From Promethearchaeota archaeon (GTDB taxonomy: Archaea; Asgardarchaeota; Lokiarchaeia; Sigyniarchaeales; SOKP01): 64,000 nucleotides of DNA. A program made the translations under genes and the position numbers. Below the pieces are notes generated by a model. That model was not told the DNA's origin. It worked only from the letters and a program-made list of their open reading frames with translations, and did not search any database. This document shows, one piece after another, positions 49,876 through 59,808 of the stretch (positions are counted from its first letter, which is position 1; the number at the start of each line of letters is the position of its first letter). The stretch is taken from contig JALGVJ010000004.1 in assembly GCA_029838195.1 (NCBI GenBank), forward strand, positions 32,001-96,000, in the 5' to 3' direction.

Positions 49876-51177
49876 ATGGAGAGTAAAATAACAAGAATAA
49901 AATCTCGATGGATATTGGATTCACGAGGTAATCCTACGGTAGAAACGGAAATATGGGCAAATAAAATGATGGCACGAGCAGCCGTTCCTTCAGGAGCATC
50001 TACGGGGGAGAATGAAGCTTTAGAATTAAGAGATGGTGGGGATGCTTTCCTTGGAAAGCATGTATCTAAAGCTGTTGCTAACGTGAATACGGTCATTGCG
50101 AAAAAATTAATTGGGTTAGATGTTTTTAATCAAGAGGAACTTGATAAAACCATGCTTGAATTAGATGGCACGGAAAATAAAAGCAAGTTAGGAGCTAATG
50201 CGATATTATCCGTTTCCATGGCAGTTGCTAAATTAGCAGCTAAAGTGGCTGAAAAGCCCCTCTTTCAATATCTTTATGAATTAATTCACGGGAAAACTGC
50301 GAACAAGTATTTATTGCCTATGCCTTTTTCAAATATTCTTAATGGGGGTGAACATGCGGGAAATAATCTTTCCATTCAAGAATTCATGATTATACCCGTG
50401 GGTGCAAAATCATTTTCTCAAGCCCTTAAAATGATCGTGGAAGTTTATCAAACTCTCAAGCAATTGTTGACTAAGAATTATGGAAAGCCTTCAGCTAACG
50501 TGGGAGATGAGGGAGGATTTGCTCCCAATTTTTCTAAAACTAGAGAGGCTTTGGACATCATCTTGGAAGCTATAGAGAAAGCCGGGTATTTAGAAGGTAC
50601 AGATTTTGTATTGGGCTTAGATGCTGCTGCGAGCGAATTCTATAAAGAAAACATGTATCAAATTGATGGGAGAAACTTGAACGAGGATGAGTTGCTCCAA
50701 TATTATCTTGACTTGCTCCATGATTATCCCATAAATTCCATTGAAGATCCCTTTGAAGAAAATGCCTTTCGTGCGTTTGCTAAATTAACTTCTAAGCTCG
50801 ACAAGTCCATTCAAATCGTTTGCGACGATCTTACGGTTACTAATATCAAATTATTAGAGAAAGCTATAAAGGAAAATGCGGGAAATACCTTGCTTTTAAA
50901 AGTTAATCAGATAGGCTCTTTAACAGAAGCAATTAAAGCTGCTAAATTAGCTTTTGAAAATCGATTTAATGTCATGGTATCCCATCGTTCAGGAGAAACA
51001 GAAGATATTTTCATAGCAGATTTAGCCGTAGGATTATGCTCTGGCCAAATAAAAACAGGAGCTCCTGCAAGAACGGATAGGACATGTAAATATAACCAGC
51101 TCTTACGTATTGAAGATTATTTAGGCGAGAATGCTCAATTTCCGGACTATTTTGATTCGTGGAAAAAGTTTCAATAA
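49876..51177 (+). CDS. eno: Enolase
   Basis: DSRGNPTVE, VPSGASTG, GDEGG, LLKVNQIG, SHRSGET and IKTGAP motifs. Confidence 0.98.
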   Translation: MESKITRIKSRWILDSRGNPTVETEIWANKMMARAAVPSGASTGENEALELRDGGDAFLGKHVSKAVANVNTVIAKKLIGLDVFNQEELDKTMLELDGTENKSKLGANAILSVSMAVAKLAAKVAEKPLFQYLYELIHGKTANKYLLPMPFSNILNGGEHAGNNLSIQEFMIIPVGAKSFSQALKMIVEVYQTLKQLLTKNYGKPSANVGDEGGFAPNFSKTREALDIILEAIEKAGYLEGTDFVLGLDAAASEFYKENMYQIDGRNLNEDELLQYYLDLLHDYPINSIEDPFEENAFRAFAKLTSKLDKSIQIVCDDLTVTNIKLLEKAIKENAGNTLLLKVNQIGSLTEAIKAAKLAFENRFNVMVSHRSGETEDIFIADLAVGLCSGQIKTGAPARTDRTCKYNQLLRIEDYLGENAQFPDYFDSWKKFQ

Positions 51178-51264
51178 CCCGCTCTATTCATTTTTAAGTG
51201 ATAATTTTTCTCTCTTAAAATAATAAAAACCAAAATTTTAAACTTTAAGGAATAAAACTCCATT

Positions 51265-51918
51265 TCAAGAACTTTTAATAAATCGATATACATTTACATT
51301 TATTTTTTTGCTTTTTAGTTCATGAAAATTATATGTTTTTTCTATAATTAAAGTATGAGGAAAGTAATAATCGATCTTCCATCCTAATTTTTCAACATGG
51401 CGTTTAATAAAGGCGTGATTTTTTTCTCCTGCTAAATGCATGGAATATACCACGTAGGAAAAAGAAAATGCTTGTTGTAAGAAAATTCTATCCGCATGTC
51501 GTTTTTTTACACCAAAAGGAGGATTCATGATGGTACAAATTTGAAGGTTTTCATTAATTTTTCCCATTCTCAAGGGAAAAAATTCTATATCCGCACATAT
51601 AACGTGAATGGGCGTTATAGGTTTTAATTTTAGTAGATTCATTCTTAAAACATAAAGAGCACTGGGGTCGATATCCATGCTAAAAATGCACGAGGGATGT
51701 AGAAAAATACTGGCAAGAGTTAACCGTCCAGTACCTGCCCCCAGATCAAAAACAACCTTGTTGGTAATATCATTAAATTCTACACCAGCAAAAAAAATAA
51801 GATCCACTGCACTGGTAGCATCAATGCAGTATTGTTCAAATTTAACGTTAGGTTGGTTAAAACTGTATAATTCTTGAATTAACTCAATAATTTCTTTTTT
51901 TTTCGTCTCAACCACCAC
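51265..51918 (-). CDS. METTL5-like N6-adenine RNA methyltransferase
   Basis: FEQY, DLGAGTG and MNPPFG motifs. Confidence 0.88.
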   Translation of the reverse strand: MVVETKKKEIIELIQELYSFNQPNVKFEQYCIDATSAVDLIFFAGVEFNDITNKVVFDLGAGTGRLTLASIFLHPSCIFSMDIDPSALYVLRMNLLKLKPITPIHVICADIEFFPLRMGKINENLQICTIMNPPFGVKKRHADRIFLQQAFSFSYVVYSMHLAGEKNHAFIKRHVEKLGWKIDYYFPHTLIIEKTYNFHELKSKKINVNVYRFIKSS

Positions 51919-52019
51919 GCTTGCGCTGTAAATTATAAAGTCTCATCCAAAAATTTATTTACCTTGAAAAATATATTTTCTATAAGATTGAGAAAGTTTA
52001 AAACCTTGTGTACATCAAA

Positions 52020-52619
52020 ATGAACGAAAATTCGAAGAAAAAAAACCAGATCGCCATTACTGGGGAAAAGCTCGGTGTTGTAGAGGAATTCTTACCCGAT
52101 AAATATTCAACATATGTGAAAGATGGAGAAATTCGTGCCTCAAAAACGGGCATGATACAACTTAATAGAAAAAAATGTAAAATCGAGATTGAAACCCATC
52201 AAAGCGACCACAGGAAAAGCGTGCGAGAAGGCGATGTTGTTTTTGGCACGGTCGCTTTTATAAGAAAATATTCTATTGGAGTAATTTTTTATACAATTAA
52301 CGGAAAATTATTACTTAATTCTCCCTACATGGGCAACATCCACGTTTCCCAAATTTCTCACAAGTATGTAGATAACATTTCTGAAGCGTTCCAGCTCACG
52401 GATATAATTAGGGCTAAAGTAGTGGCTAAAGAAGGCACTGAGTTTTCCCTCAGCACGATTGGAAAAGAATTTGGCGTGGTCCACGCAGATTGCATCATTT
52501 GTGGAGATGCTTTGGAAAAAATTGATTATAATAAATTGCGATGTCCGCGATGTGGACACGTGGAAACTCGAAAATTAGCGGATGATTATCGAAACGTACA
52601 TCACGCCTTACGATTTTAA
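52020..52619 (+). CDS. csl4: Exosome complex RNA-binding protein Csl4
   Basis: GEKLGVVEEF, S1 domain (IHVSQIS, DIIRAKV), Zn ribbon CIIC...CPRCG and ETRK. Confidence 0.92.
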   Translation: MNENSKKKNQIAITGEKLGVVEEFLPDKYSTYVKDGEIRASKTGMIQLNRKKCKIEIETHQSDHRKSVREGDVVFGTVAFIRKYSIGVIFYTINGKLLLNSPYMGNIHVSQISHKYVDNISEAFQLTDIIRAKVVAKEGTEFSLSTIGKEFGVVHADCIICGDALEKIDYNKLRCPRCGHVETRKLADDYRNVHHALRF

Positions 52620-52711
52620 ATTCTTAAAAATTCATTAACTATTAAATTATTATTATAAATCCCCTTGGTTCTTTTTTATATTCATGTAAATTATTGAAAA
52701 TAAAACGTATT

Positions 52712-52942
52712 ATGAAAAAAACGGGCAAAAAAATATTAAATTATTATAATCATAGTCATTCTCTCGAAAATATAATCAAATTCCTTGAAAGTATCCAAAA
52801 AAAGGTAAATTTCTTGGATCTAAACGTGTTGGTAGAGAGAAACGTTATTAGAGTGACGCTATATGGCCCTCGCGATTTACAATCTTTAGCCATAGAAAAA
52901 TTAAATGAGCTTGCTAACATGTTGTTAAAAAACCCCCCTTAA
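52712..52942 (+). CDS. Small protein resembling the N-terminal domain of DUF2067
   Basis: KFLESI...NVIRVTLYGPR...AIEKLNEL pattern; lies between csl4 and rpo11, where DUF2067 sits in other archaea. Confidence 0.55.
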   Translation: MKKTGKKILNYYNHSHSLENIIKFLESIQKKVNFLDLNVLVERNVIRVTLYGPRDLQSLAIEKLNELANMLLKNPP

Positions 52943-53024
52943 TTTGCATGCTTTAGAAGGAACCATAAAAAATTTATTGAAAATAGTATTAATTTACATA
53001 ATTCCATTATCAATTCCACTTATC

Positions 53025-53525
53025 ATGGCAAAGAAAAAGAAAAAGGACTTGAATGAAGATCTCGAAAACGATCTCGAATTTAGCGCAGATGTCCCGATCG
53101 AAAGCGTGTATCCTAGCATTAAAGAACAACCCTCCGAAAAAGAAGCAGCAAAAGCAGAAAAAGACGATGCCACCATCGAAACAATTCCCGAGGTAGAATT
53201 AGAAGGAGCGCTAGAGGAAGAAGGACCGGAAAAACCAAAATATAAATATTTAGATCTTCACCTCTTAAAAGATCCCGAATTTAATAACTATGAATTAACT
53301 ATTGAAGGGCAATCTCACGGATTCTGCAACTTATTGGTAAAACACTTGTTACAAACCGAAGGCGTTATTTCCGCCGCCTATAAATCTACCGAACTCGAAC
53401 CCTCTAAAGTATTCATCCAAATTCGGGATAATTTTGATATTAAAACCATTCTTCAAAAAAGCATCGGATCTTTTCGAGAAGAAGTTACTAGTGCCCAAAA
53501 ATTATTCGAACAACTTCTCAGGTAA
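53025..53525 (+). CDS. rpoL: RNA polymerase subunit Rpo11 (L) with acidic N-terminal extension
   Basis: IEGQSHGFCNLLVKHLL...VISAAY; follows csl4. Confidence 0.8.
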   Translation: MAKKKKKDLNEDLENDLEFSADVPIESVYPSIKEQPSEKEAAKAEKDDATIETIPEVELEGALEEEGPEKPKYKYLDLHLLKDPEFNNYELTIEGQSHGFCNLLVKHLLQTEGVISAAYKSTELEPSKVFIQIRDNFDIKTILQKSIGSFREEVTSAQKLFEQLLR

Positions 53526-53583
53526 TTATATCTTCTCTCTATTTTTACCAATTTTAACGTGTTTCATAAAATACCGCACTCCC

Positions 53584-54036
53584 ATGTCATACAAATTCTT
53601 GCTTCAAGACCTTCAAGAAACCCCAATATCAATTGGAACGGATAAAGGCCTCGCCAAAATTGGAGATGCCCTTGTAAATCTCTCTTATTCCATTGCTAAA
53701 TCCATCATCATGTCTAAAAATAATGATACTAATAAAATCATCCGAACGGGTACTAAAGTCAGCAAAGAAATCCTCTCCAATGCGTTAAAACAAGCAGGCT
53801 TGAAATATTTTGCCAAAAAAAGAGCGGATGCTCATGACATGGCAAACACCGTAGAAGCAATTCTCGCTTATCTATGGTTGAAAAACGCCATTTCCTTGGA
53901 CGAGATCGTCTCTTTCTTGTCAGAACACTTGAAAGGTAATTTGTCAAATAGAAAGGATGAAATCGCCATTGCCATTCAAGCCTTCAAAAATCTCCTCCTC
54001 CACGTCAAATCTTCACTACCCACAAATACCCCGTGA
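53584..54036 (+). CDS. Archaeal RNase III-domain (mini-III-like) protein
   Basis: DKGLAKIGDALVNLSYS and ANTVEAILAYLWL motifs. Confidence 0.8.
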   Translation: MSYKFLLQDLQETPISIGTDKGLAKIGDALVNLSYSIAKSIIMSKNNDTNKIIRTGTKVSKEILSNALKQAGLKYFAKKRADAHDMANTVEAILAYLWLKNAISLDEIVSFLSEHLKGNLSNRKDEIAIAIQAFKNLLLHVKSSLPTNTP

Positions 54037-54051
54037 AAAAGGCACCTCCCA

Positions 54052-54612
54052 ATGAAAGATCATCCCATCACCATCGGCATTGATGATTCCCCATTCCACT
54101 TTGATGATGCCTCCAGAAAAACCTCCCTCATTGCCGTGGTCTGCCAAGGTACTCGATTAATGAACGTATTGAAAGCTTACATAACAATTGACGGAAATGA
54201 CTCCACCTCAACCATCATACACCTCGTTAAACAAGCAGAAAAACACGTCCAGTACATCCTCCTCGATACAATCACCTTCGGAGGATTTAATATTTGCGAC
54301 CTTGCCACTATTTACCACGAAACCCATAAACCCGTCATTGCCGTGAGTGAAAAAAAAATTGACTTGGACGGCGTGAAAATGGCTCTCCTTAAGAAATTCC
54401 CCAGCACCTACCATGAAAAATTATATAAAATTATCAACGCTGGAAACCTTTTTGAAATAACTATTAAAACGGCAGGAGGGCCATCCACGATCTACCTCCA
54501 CTTAAAAGGAATCTCCTTAAAAGAAACAAAATCTTTATTAGAAAAAATTTGTATCGACTCTAAGCTCCCGGAATGCATTCGCATGGCTCACATCATCGGA
54601 AGAGCCTTGTAA
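54052..54612 (+). CDS. DUF99 family (endonuclease V-like) protein
   Basis: IGIDD, IDGNDST, LLDTITFGGFN and KLPECIRMAH motifs. Confidence 0.9.
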   Translation: MKDHPITIGIDDSPFHFDDASRKTSLIAVVCQGTRLMNVLKAYITIDGNDSTSTIIHLVKQAEKHVQYILLDTITFGGFNICDLATIYHETHKPVIAVSEKKIDLDGVKMALLKKFPSTYHEKLYKIINAGNLFEITIKTAGGPSTIYLHLKGISLKETKSLLEKICIDSKLPECIRMAHIIGRAL

Positions 54613-54701
54613 AATCTTTTGACGCATTATGAGACCAAGTCTACTTCCCATCTTCCACCTTTAACTTCCTGAAGATGTACTTCCCTTGATTCCCCCTTAA
54701 T

Positions 54702-55205
54702 TTAATTAGAAATCTCCGCCTCTAAGATGGACTTTATCTTATCCCTCATCTCTCGCCGAATCGCCGACATTCCATAGGTTTTTATCCCCAATCTAGCTTG
54801 TACCTCATCCACGCTCATCGCCCCTTCCAAATCTTGCTTGTTTGCAATCGCAATCACCCGTGAACCCAATTTTCTCGAATATCTCTGGCAAATCTCCCGT
54901 GTTTTCTCCACATTACCCTCCGTAGAATCACATACCAATACCGTCAAGCCTACGCCCCTTAAAAAATCTTCCCATAAAAATTTAAACCGCTCCTGACCCG
55001 ACATATCCCAAATAGCACACTTTACCCCATTTAATACCGAATCCTCGATCTCCACGCCAATCGTCGGAGATTTCACGCTTTCTTTCCCAAGTAATAAGCC
55101 AACTAAGGTAGATTTACCTACCCGACTCTCTCCTATGAACGCAATTTTGCTCTTTCCTAACCCCATCCCTTCTTTCTCCCCACTTGCTCCTTCATTTTTC
55201 ATCAT
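54702..55205 (-). CDS. Arf/Rab-like small GTPase
   Basis: GESRVGKST, PTIG, WDMSGQERF, NKQD and SA motifs. Confidence 0.92.
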   Translation of the reverse strand: MMKNEGASGEKEGMGLGKSKIAFIGESRVGKSTLVGLLLGKESVKSPTIGVEIEDSVLNGVKCAIWDMSGQERFKFLWEDFLRGVGLTVLVCDSTEGNVEKTREICQRYSRKLGSRVIAIANKQDLEGAMSVDEVQARLGIKTYGMSAIRREMRDKIKSILEAEISN

Positions 55206-55710
55206 TTATAATAAATCGAATGACTATCAAAAAAGTAAATAATATCCGTGTATTACTCTTCGCTTTATCATTTATTTCCCCCATTTTCTATCAACTCACA
55301 TTTCCTCGTATCCTCCACGGTCTGCTCTCCTCTCAACCAATCTTACACCTATTCTCTCCATGATTTCACCCAAACTTGAACTACTCCTAAAATAGAAAAA
55401 TAAATGATTCAATTAATACATTAATTAATTTAATTAATAGATCTATTAAAAAAAATAAATGAATGAAAAAATAACACACTTAGCCATAAAACTTTCCAAA
55501 AAAGTTAATCCAATAAGAAAATTACCATGCCTCCACAAATCTGTATTCTTCTTTCAAAAACCCTAAACCTCATACCCTCTCAAGAGCATGAATTCCCTTG
55601 GTTCAAGCCTAAAAAAAGAAAAATAAAAATAGAAAAATGATAAAAATGAATCTCCTTAATCGTAAGAATAATAGAAAGAAAAAATTTTTATTATTACATG
55701 AGGCTGCCAA

Positions 55711-57015
55711 TTAACCCGTAACAATATCCTTTACAATACCCACGGCTACAGTCCTCCCCATATCCCGAATTGCAAAACGTCCCATCTCTGGAATCTCCTC
55801 ATATTTCTCAATGCAAAGCTTCTTGATCGGTTTGAACTTCACGATAGCTGACTCGTTCTTCTTAAGAAACTTTGGATTATCCTCAATAACGGCTCCCGTC
55901 TTTTGATCAAGTTTTTTCATCAGCTCCACGAATTTCGCCGCCACCTGTGCCGTATGAGCATGTATCACCGGCGTATACCCTTGTGCAATCGCCGTAGGAT
56001 GCCAAATCACGATGATCTGGCCCACCCACTCACCATTCGGTGTGATTACCGTGGGCGGATTGTCCGGATGACCAATGCAATCTCCACGCCCCACATCCTT
56101 CATCTGTAATCCACGAATGCTAATGCCGATATTGTCTCCGGGTATCGCCTCAGGAATCTCCTCATGATGCATCTCGATAGACCTTACCTCTCCTTGAAAC
56201 TCCGTTGGCATTATGATAACTTTATCTCCCTTTTTCAATACACCTGTCTCCACCCTGCCTACCGGAACTACACCCGTACCCTTGATCTTATACGCATCTT
56301 GAATGGGCAACCGCAACGGCTTGTCAATCGGCTTCTCCGGCACCTCAAACTTGTCTATCGCCTCGATTAACGTCGGTCCATCATACCACGGCATCTTATC
56401 CGATTTAGTCGTCAGATTTTCCCCTTTCAATCCGCTAACGGGAACGAAATGAATTTTCTTTATCGGAAATCCTATGTTCCGCAAGAGTTGCGAAACTGCC
56501 TCCTTGCACTCGTTAAATCGATCCTCACTATACTCATATGCATCCGCCTTGTTGATCGCCACCACTAATTGCTTCACCCCTAATGTCTGAGCTAAATACG
56601 CATGCTCCCTCGTCTGCCCGTTTGCTGCTATTCCCACTTCCATTTCTCCTTTTTTTCCAGAAACGACAAGCACCGCAGCGTCCGCCTGGCTTGCGCCCGT
56701 TATCATGTTCTTAACAAAATCGGCATGCCCGGGAGCATCGATAATGGTAAAGTACTTGCTCGGAGTTTCGAATTTTCGGAAAGCAAGATCGATGGTAATG
56801 CCTCTTTGGCGCTCCTCTTTTAGTCTATCGAATACATATGCGTAGGACCACGAATCTCTATCGTATTCTTTTGCGATTTTTTCGAGCTCTCTTGCTTCTC
56901 TTTCCGATACAGCGCCAGTTTGTATGAGAAGAGCGCCCATCATTGTTGATTTGCCGTGGTCGATGTGTCCGATGATGACGAGGTTAAGATGGGGTTTTTC
57001 TGTTTTAGACGACAT
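55711..57015 (-). CDS. tuf: Translation elongation factor 1-alpha
   Basis: GHIDHGKST, RGITID, DAPGH, NKAD and GRFAIRDMG motifs. Confidence 0.98.
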   Translation of the reverse strand: MSSKTEKPHLNLVIIGHIDHGKSTMMGALLIQTGAVSEREARELEKIAKEYDRDSWSYAYVFDRLKEERQRGITIDLAFRKFETPSKYFTIIDAPGHADFVKNMITGASQADAAVLVVSGKKGEMEVGIAANGQTREHAYLAQTLGVKQLVVAINKADAYEYSEDRFNECKEAVSQLLRNIGFPIKKIHFVPVSGLKGENLTTKSDKMPWYDGPTLIEAIDKFEVPEKPIDKPLRLPIQDAYKIKGTGVVPVGRVETGVLKKGDKVIIMPTEFQGEVRSIEMHHEEIPEAIPGDNIGISIRGLQMKDVGRGDCIGHPDNPPTVITPNGEWVGQIIVIWHPTAIAQGYTPVIHAHTAQVAAKFVELMKKLDQKTGAVIEDNPKFLKKNESAIVKFKPIKKLCIEKYEEIPEMGRFAIRDMGRTVAVGIVKDIVTG

Positions 57016-57111
57016 TTATCTTCCACTAAATTTGTAATTTTAATTGATATAGATAAAATTTGATTCAGAATGTTAAAAATATACAGTTGATATTGTAATT
57101 AAATGATAAGG

Positions 57112-57128
57112 AATATAAATTTTTTTCG
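57112..57128 (-). promoter_or_regulatory. BRE plus TATA promoter of EF-1alpha
   Basis: Minus strand reads CGAAAAAAATTTATATT about 97 nt upstream of the ATG. Confidence 0.5.
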
Positions 57129-57387
57129 ATATTTTTTTAAATTTTTAGGTTGAGAGAGGGGAGGAGAATAGATTTCGGATTTTTTTGAGTTTCTAAGGTC
57201 CGAGAAAGTGATGTTTATGAAAATCATGAGAGATTTTTAAGGTTTTTTGAATTTGAATTCAAAATTGGATATTAAATTATTATTGACATCTTTTAAAAAA
57301 TGATCAATTTTAATCGCGTGCTGATGTAAAAAATAGGAATTTTGCTTCCATGATGTATGTATTGAACACGTTCATTTATTAATAAAT

Positions 57388-57807
57388 TTAAGAAATTTGC
57401 GAATTTCCTTTCAGATCTTCCAGGAATTCTTTTTTATTCTTTTTAAGGAGCGAAAAGATATCGTTAATTTCTCGAGTGAAAGAGATAATTTCGTGATTGT
57501 TTAACATGAAACGAGGAGGAATTTTTTTGAAAAGGAATTCCCGAAAAACGGAATCGAAGTCATATATATTGACCCTTGTTTCTCGAAAGAAATCCAGTAG
57601 GTGATGGAGGTACAATGCTTTGACATGGATATATTGGGATGAGAACTTTTTTTCCTTGTCTTTCTTGTAAAAATATTTTAATTGTCTGAGGGGAGTAGGG
57701 TCGTTTTCATTATAATAAAATTTCAAAGAACTTAAATTTTCATGTAAAAAAGATGATAAAAGTAAAAAGAGATACGATCTTAAATATATTAAATAGAATA
57801 ACTTCAT
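57388..57807 (-). CDS. Possible hypothetical protein
   Basis: About 139 open codons filling the tuf-aIF2alpha gap; no motif; start uncertain. Confidence 0.35.
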   Translation of the reverse strand: MKLFYLIYLRSYLFLLLSSFLHENLSSLKFYYNENDPTPLRQLKYFYKKDKEKKFSSQYIHVKALYLHHLLDFFRETRVNIYDFDSVFREFLFKKIPPRFMLNNHEIISFTREINDIFSLLKKNKKEFLEDLKGNSQIS

Positions 57808-57843
57808 GTTAATTATTTTGATGGTGATAGGAGAGGAATCATC

Positions 57844-58659
57844 ATGGTACGGTCTCGGACGAAGTTTCCATCGGAAGGGGAGTTTGTAGTAGCGCGAGTG
57901 AGAGAGATTCAAGATCAACACGTATACGTGGATTTGTTGGATTATGAGGGATTAGACCATGAAAAAACGGCACGAGGAATGGTCCACATCTCAGAGATAA
58001 GCTCTAGATGGGTGAAAAACATTCGAAATTATCTTCGAGAGGGGCAACGAGTGGTCTTACGTGTTTTACGAGTAGATCCCGTGAAAGGTCACGTGGATTT
58101 ATCTTATCGGCGAACGAATTCTGCCCAGCGAGAAAATCGCATGAAAGAATGGAAATATGCGATTAAATATGAGAATTTATTACAATTTTTAGCAGAAGAG
58201 ACAAACATTACGCTAGATGAAGCCTATGACATGATTGGATGGCCTGTATTAGACATGTATAACACGTATCAAGAAGCCATTGAAGAGTTAAAGGAGAATG
58301 GAGAGGAAATCCTTAGTAAATTGAAAATTCCACCTGATATCAAGGAGAAATTTTTAAAAATCGTGGATGAAAATATTAGTATTTCTACTGTGAGCGTGAA
58401 AGGCAGGATAAGGCTTACGATTCGAACGGGAGATGGGATTGAGAAATTAAAAAACATTTTATTAGAAGCAATGAAAGTGATTGACAATCCAAAACCAACG
58501 AGGAATTTAAAGTTAATTTATTTAGGTGCTCCTTATTATAAAATAGAAGTGATTTCAAAAGATTATTTAGATGCGGAAAACATTTTATCGGAAGTTTTAG
58601 ATACCATAGAATCCAAGGTGAAAGAAGTGGATGGTGTATTTGAGTTCATTCGTGATTAA
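57844..58659 (+). CDS. eif2a: Translation initiation factor aIF2 alpha
   Basis: FPSEGEFVV, VHISEISSRWVKNIR, KGHVDLS and GAPYY motifs. Confidence 0.95.
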   Translation: MVRSRTKFPSEGEFVVARVREIQDQHVYVDLLDYEGLDHEKTARGMVHISEISSRWVKNIRNYLREGQRVVLRVLRVDPVKGHVDLSYRRTNSAQRENRMKEWKYAIKYENLLQFLAEETNITLDEAYDMIGWPVLDMYNTYQEAIEELKENGEEILSKLKIPPDIKEKFLKIVDENISISTVSVKGRIRLTIRTGDGIEKLKNILLEAMKVIDNPKPTRNLKLIYLGAPYYKIEVISKDYLDAENILSEVLDTIESKVKEVDGVFEFIRD

Positions 58660-58697
58660 CTACACCATTTATAAAAAATAAGGATAAAGGGGACAAA

Positions 58698-58907
58698 ATG
58701 GTAAAATATCTCATGAAATGCCCGAATTGTGGAGAATATAGATTATACAACCCCGAGATGAGATGTAAGAAATGTGGAAGCGTTTTAATCAATCCACGTC
58801 CGGCGAAATTTTCTTTAATTGATAAATACGGCAAGCATCGATTGCAATATTTTAAAGAGAAATATCCACGCCCCGCTTTGGAGGAACAACCATCAAAAGC
58901 TAGTTAA
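58698..58907 (+). CDS. nop10: H/ACA RNP protein Nop10
   Basis: KCPNCGEY...CKKCG...PAKFSLIDKYGKHR; follows aIF2alpha. Confidence 0.92.
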   Translation: MVKYLMKCPNCGEYRLYNPEMRCKKCGSVLINPRPAKFSLIDKYGKHRLQYFKEKYPRPALEEQPSKAS

Positions 58908-58933
58908 TCCTTTCTTTTGTTGAACTTGCCTTC

Positions 58934-59707
58934 TCATTCCTTGATAAGAGGTTCTGCGAACTTTTCTGAAATTAATATTTTCGCATTTTTAAAAGGCAAG
59001 CATGCGATATCTTCTTTTTCAAAAGGTCCATAGTTTAATAGATCAATTCCTACTAATGCAGGAGTTTCTTTTAAAAATCTCACGATCATATATTCCTGTT
59101 TTTCCTCTTGTTCTAATTTTTGAGAAGGAAATTTAGAAAGGACGCCTTCTTTGATGATCTCTACATTTGGGGTGGAAGTAGAAGGGGCTAAATGGGAAGG
59201 CGGAAGACTAGATGGAGAAGAAGAGGGCCCAACTTGAGAATTCTTTTCAAGAAGCGTTTTTTCAGACAATTCTTCCTTCTCAATGCCTTTTTGAACGGTT
59301 TTAGAGGATACGAGCTGAGGAACAGGCATTTCTTGTACGATCTCGTGAAGCGAATGACGTAATACTTTTTCATATCCTTTTAGCGAACTCATGATGTTTT
59401 GATACAATAATTTTTCGGGTTCAATGAGAGCTTTTAAGTCAAGTTCTTGTAAAGAGAGAGCCGCATCTAAAATTTTTTGTTTTCTTAATTCAAGTAAATC
59501 ATCAAAAAGAAAATCGAAATTATTTTTAATTACTTCAAAAACATAAGATTTTATTTCATCCTCATGATTTAATTGAAAATTTTGAAGAAATGATTTACTA
59601 TTTTTGAAGCGTTTAAAATCTGCGTCCGTTAATGGGAATATGTTCTCATTTTCTAACTCTTTTAACCATCGCTCATACAAGCGCTCATATTCTGATTTGA
59701 TATTCAT
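58934..59707 (-). CDS. gins15: GINS15 (Gins51) subunit
   Basis: WLKE...LRKQKI A-domain, Ser/Pro linker, B-domain VRFLKETPALVGID..YGPFEKEDIACLP; downstream of priS. Confidence 0.88.
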   Translation of the reverse strand: MNIKSEYERLYERWLKELENENIFPLTDADFKRFKNSKSFLQNFQLNHEDEIKSYVFEVIKNNFDFLFDDLLELRKQKILDAALSLQELDLKALIEPEKLLYQNIMSSLKGYEKVLRHSLHEIVQEMPVPQLVSSKTVQKGIEKEELSEKTLLEKNSQVGPSSSPSSLPPSHLAPSTSTPNVEIIKEGVLSKFPSQKLEQEEKQEYMIVRFLKETPALVGIDLLNYGPFEKEDIACLPFKNAKILISEKFAEPLIKE

Positions 59708-59808
59708 GGATAAGGTTCAAGTTCAAGAATAATTTAAATCTAACCCGCAAGAAATTACGCCAACCATTATTAGTATAATGGAAGGTAAACTACTTAAACA
59801 TATTTGAA

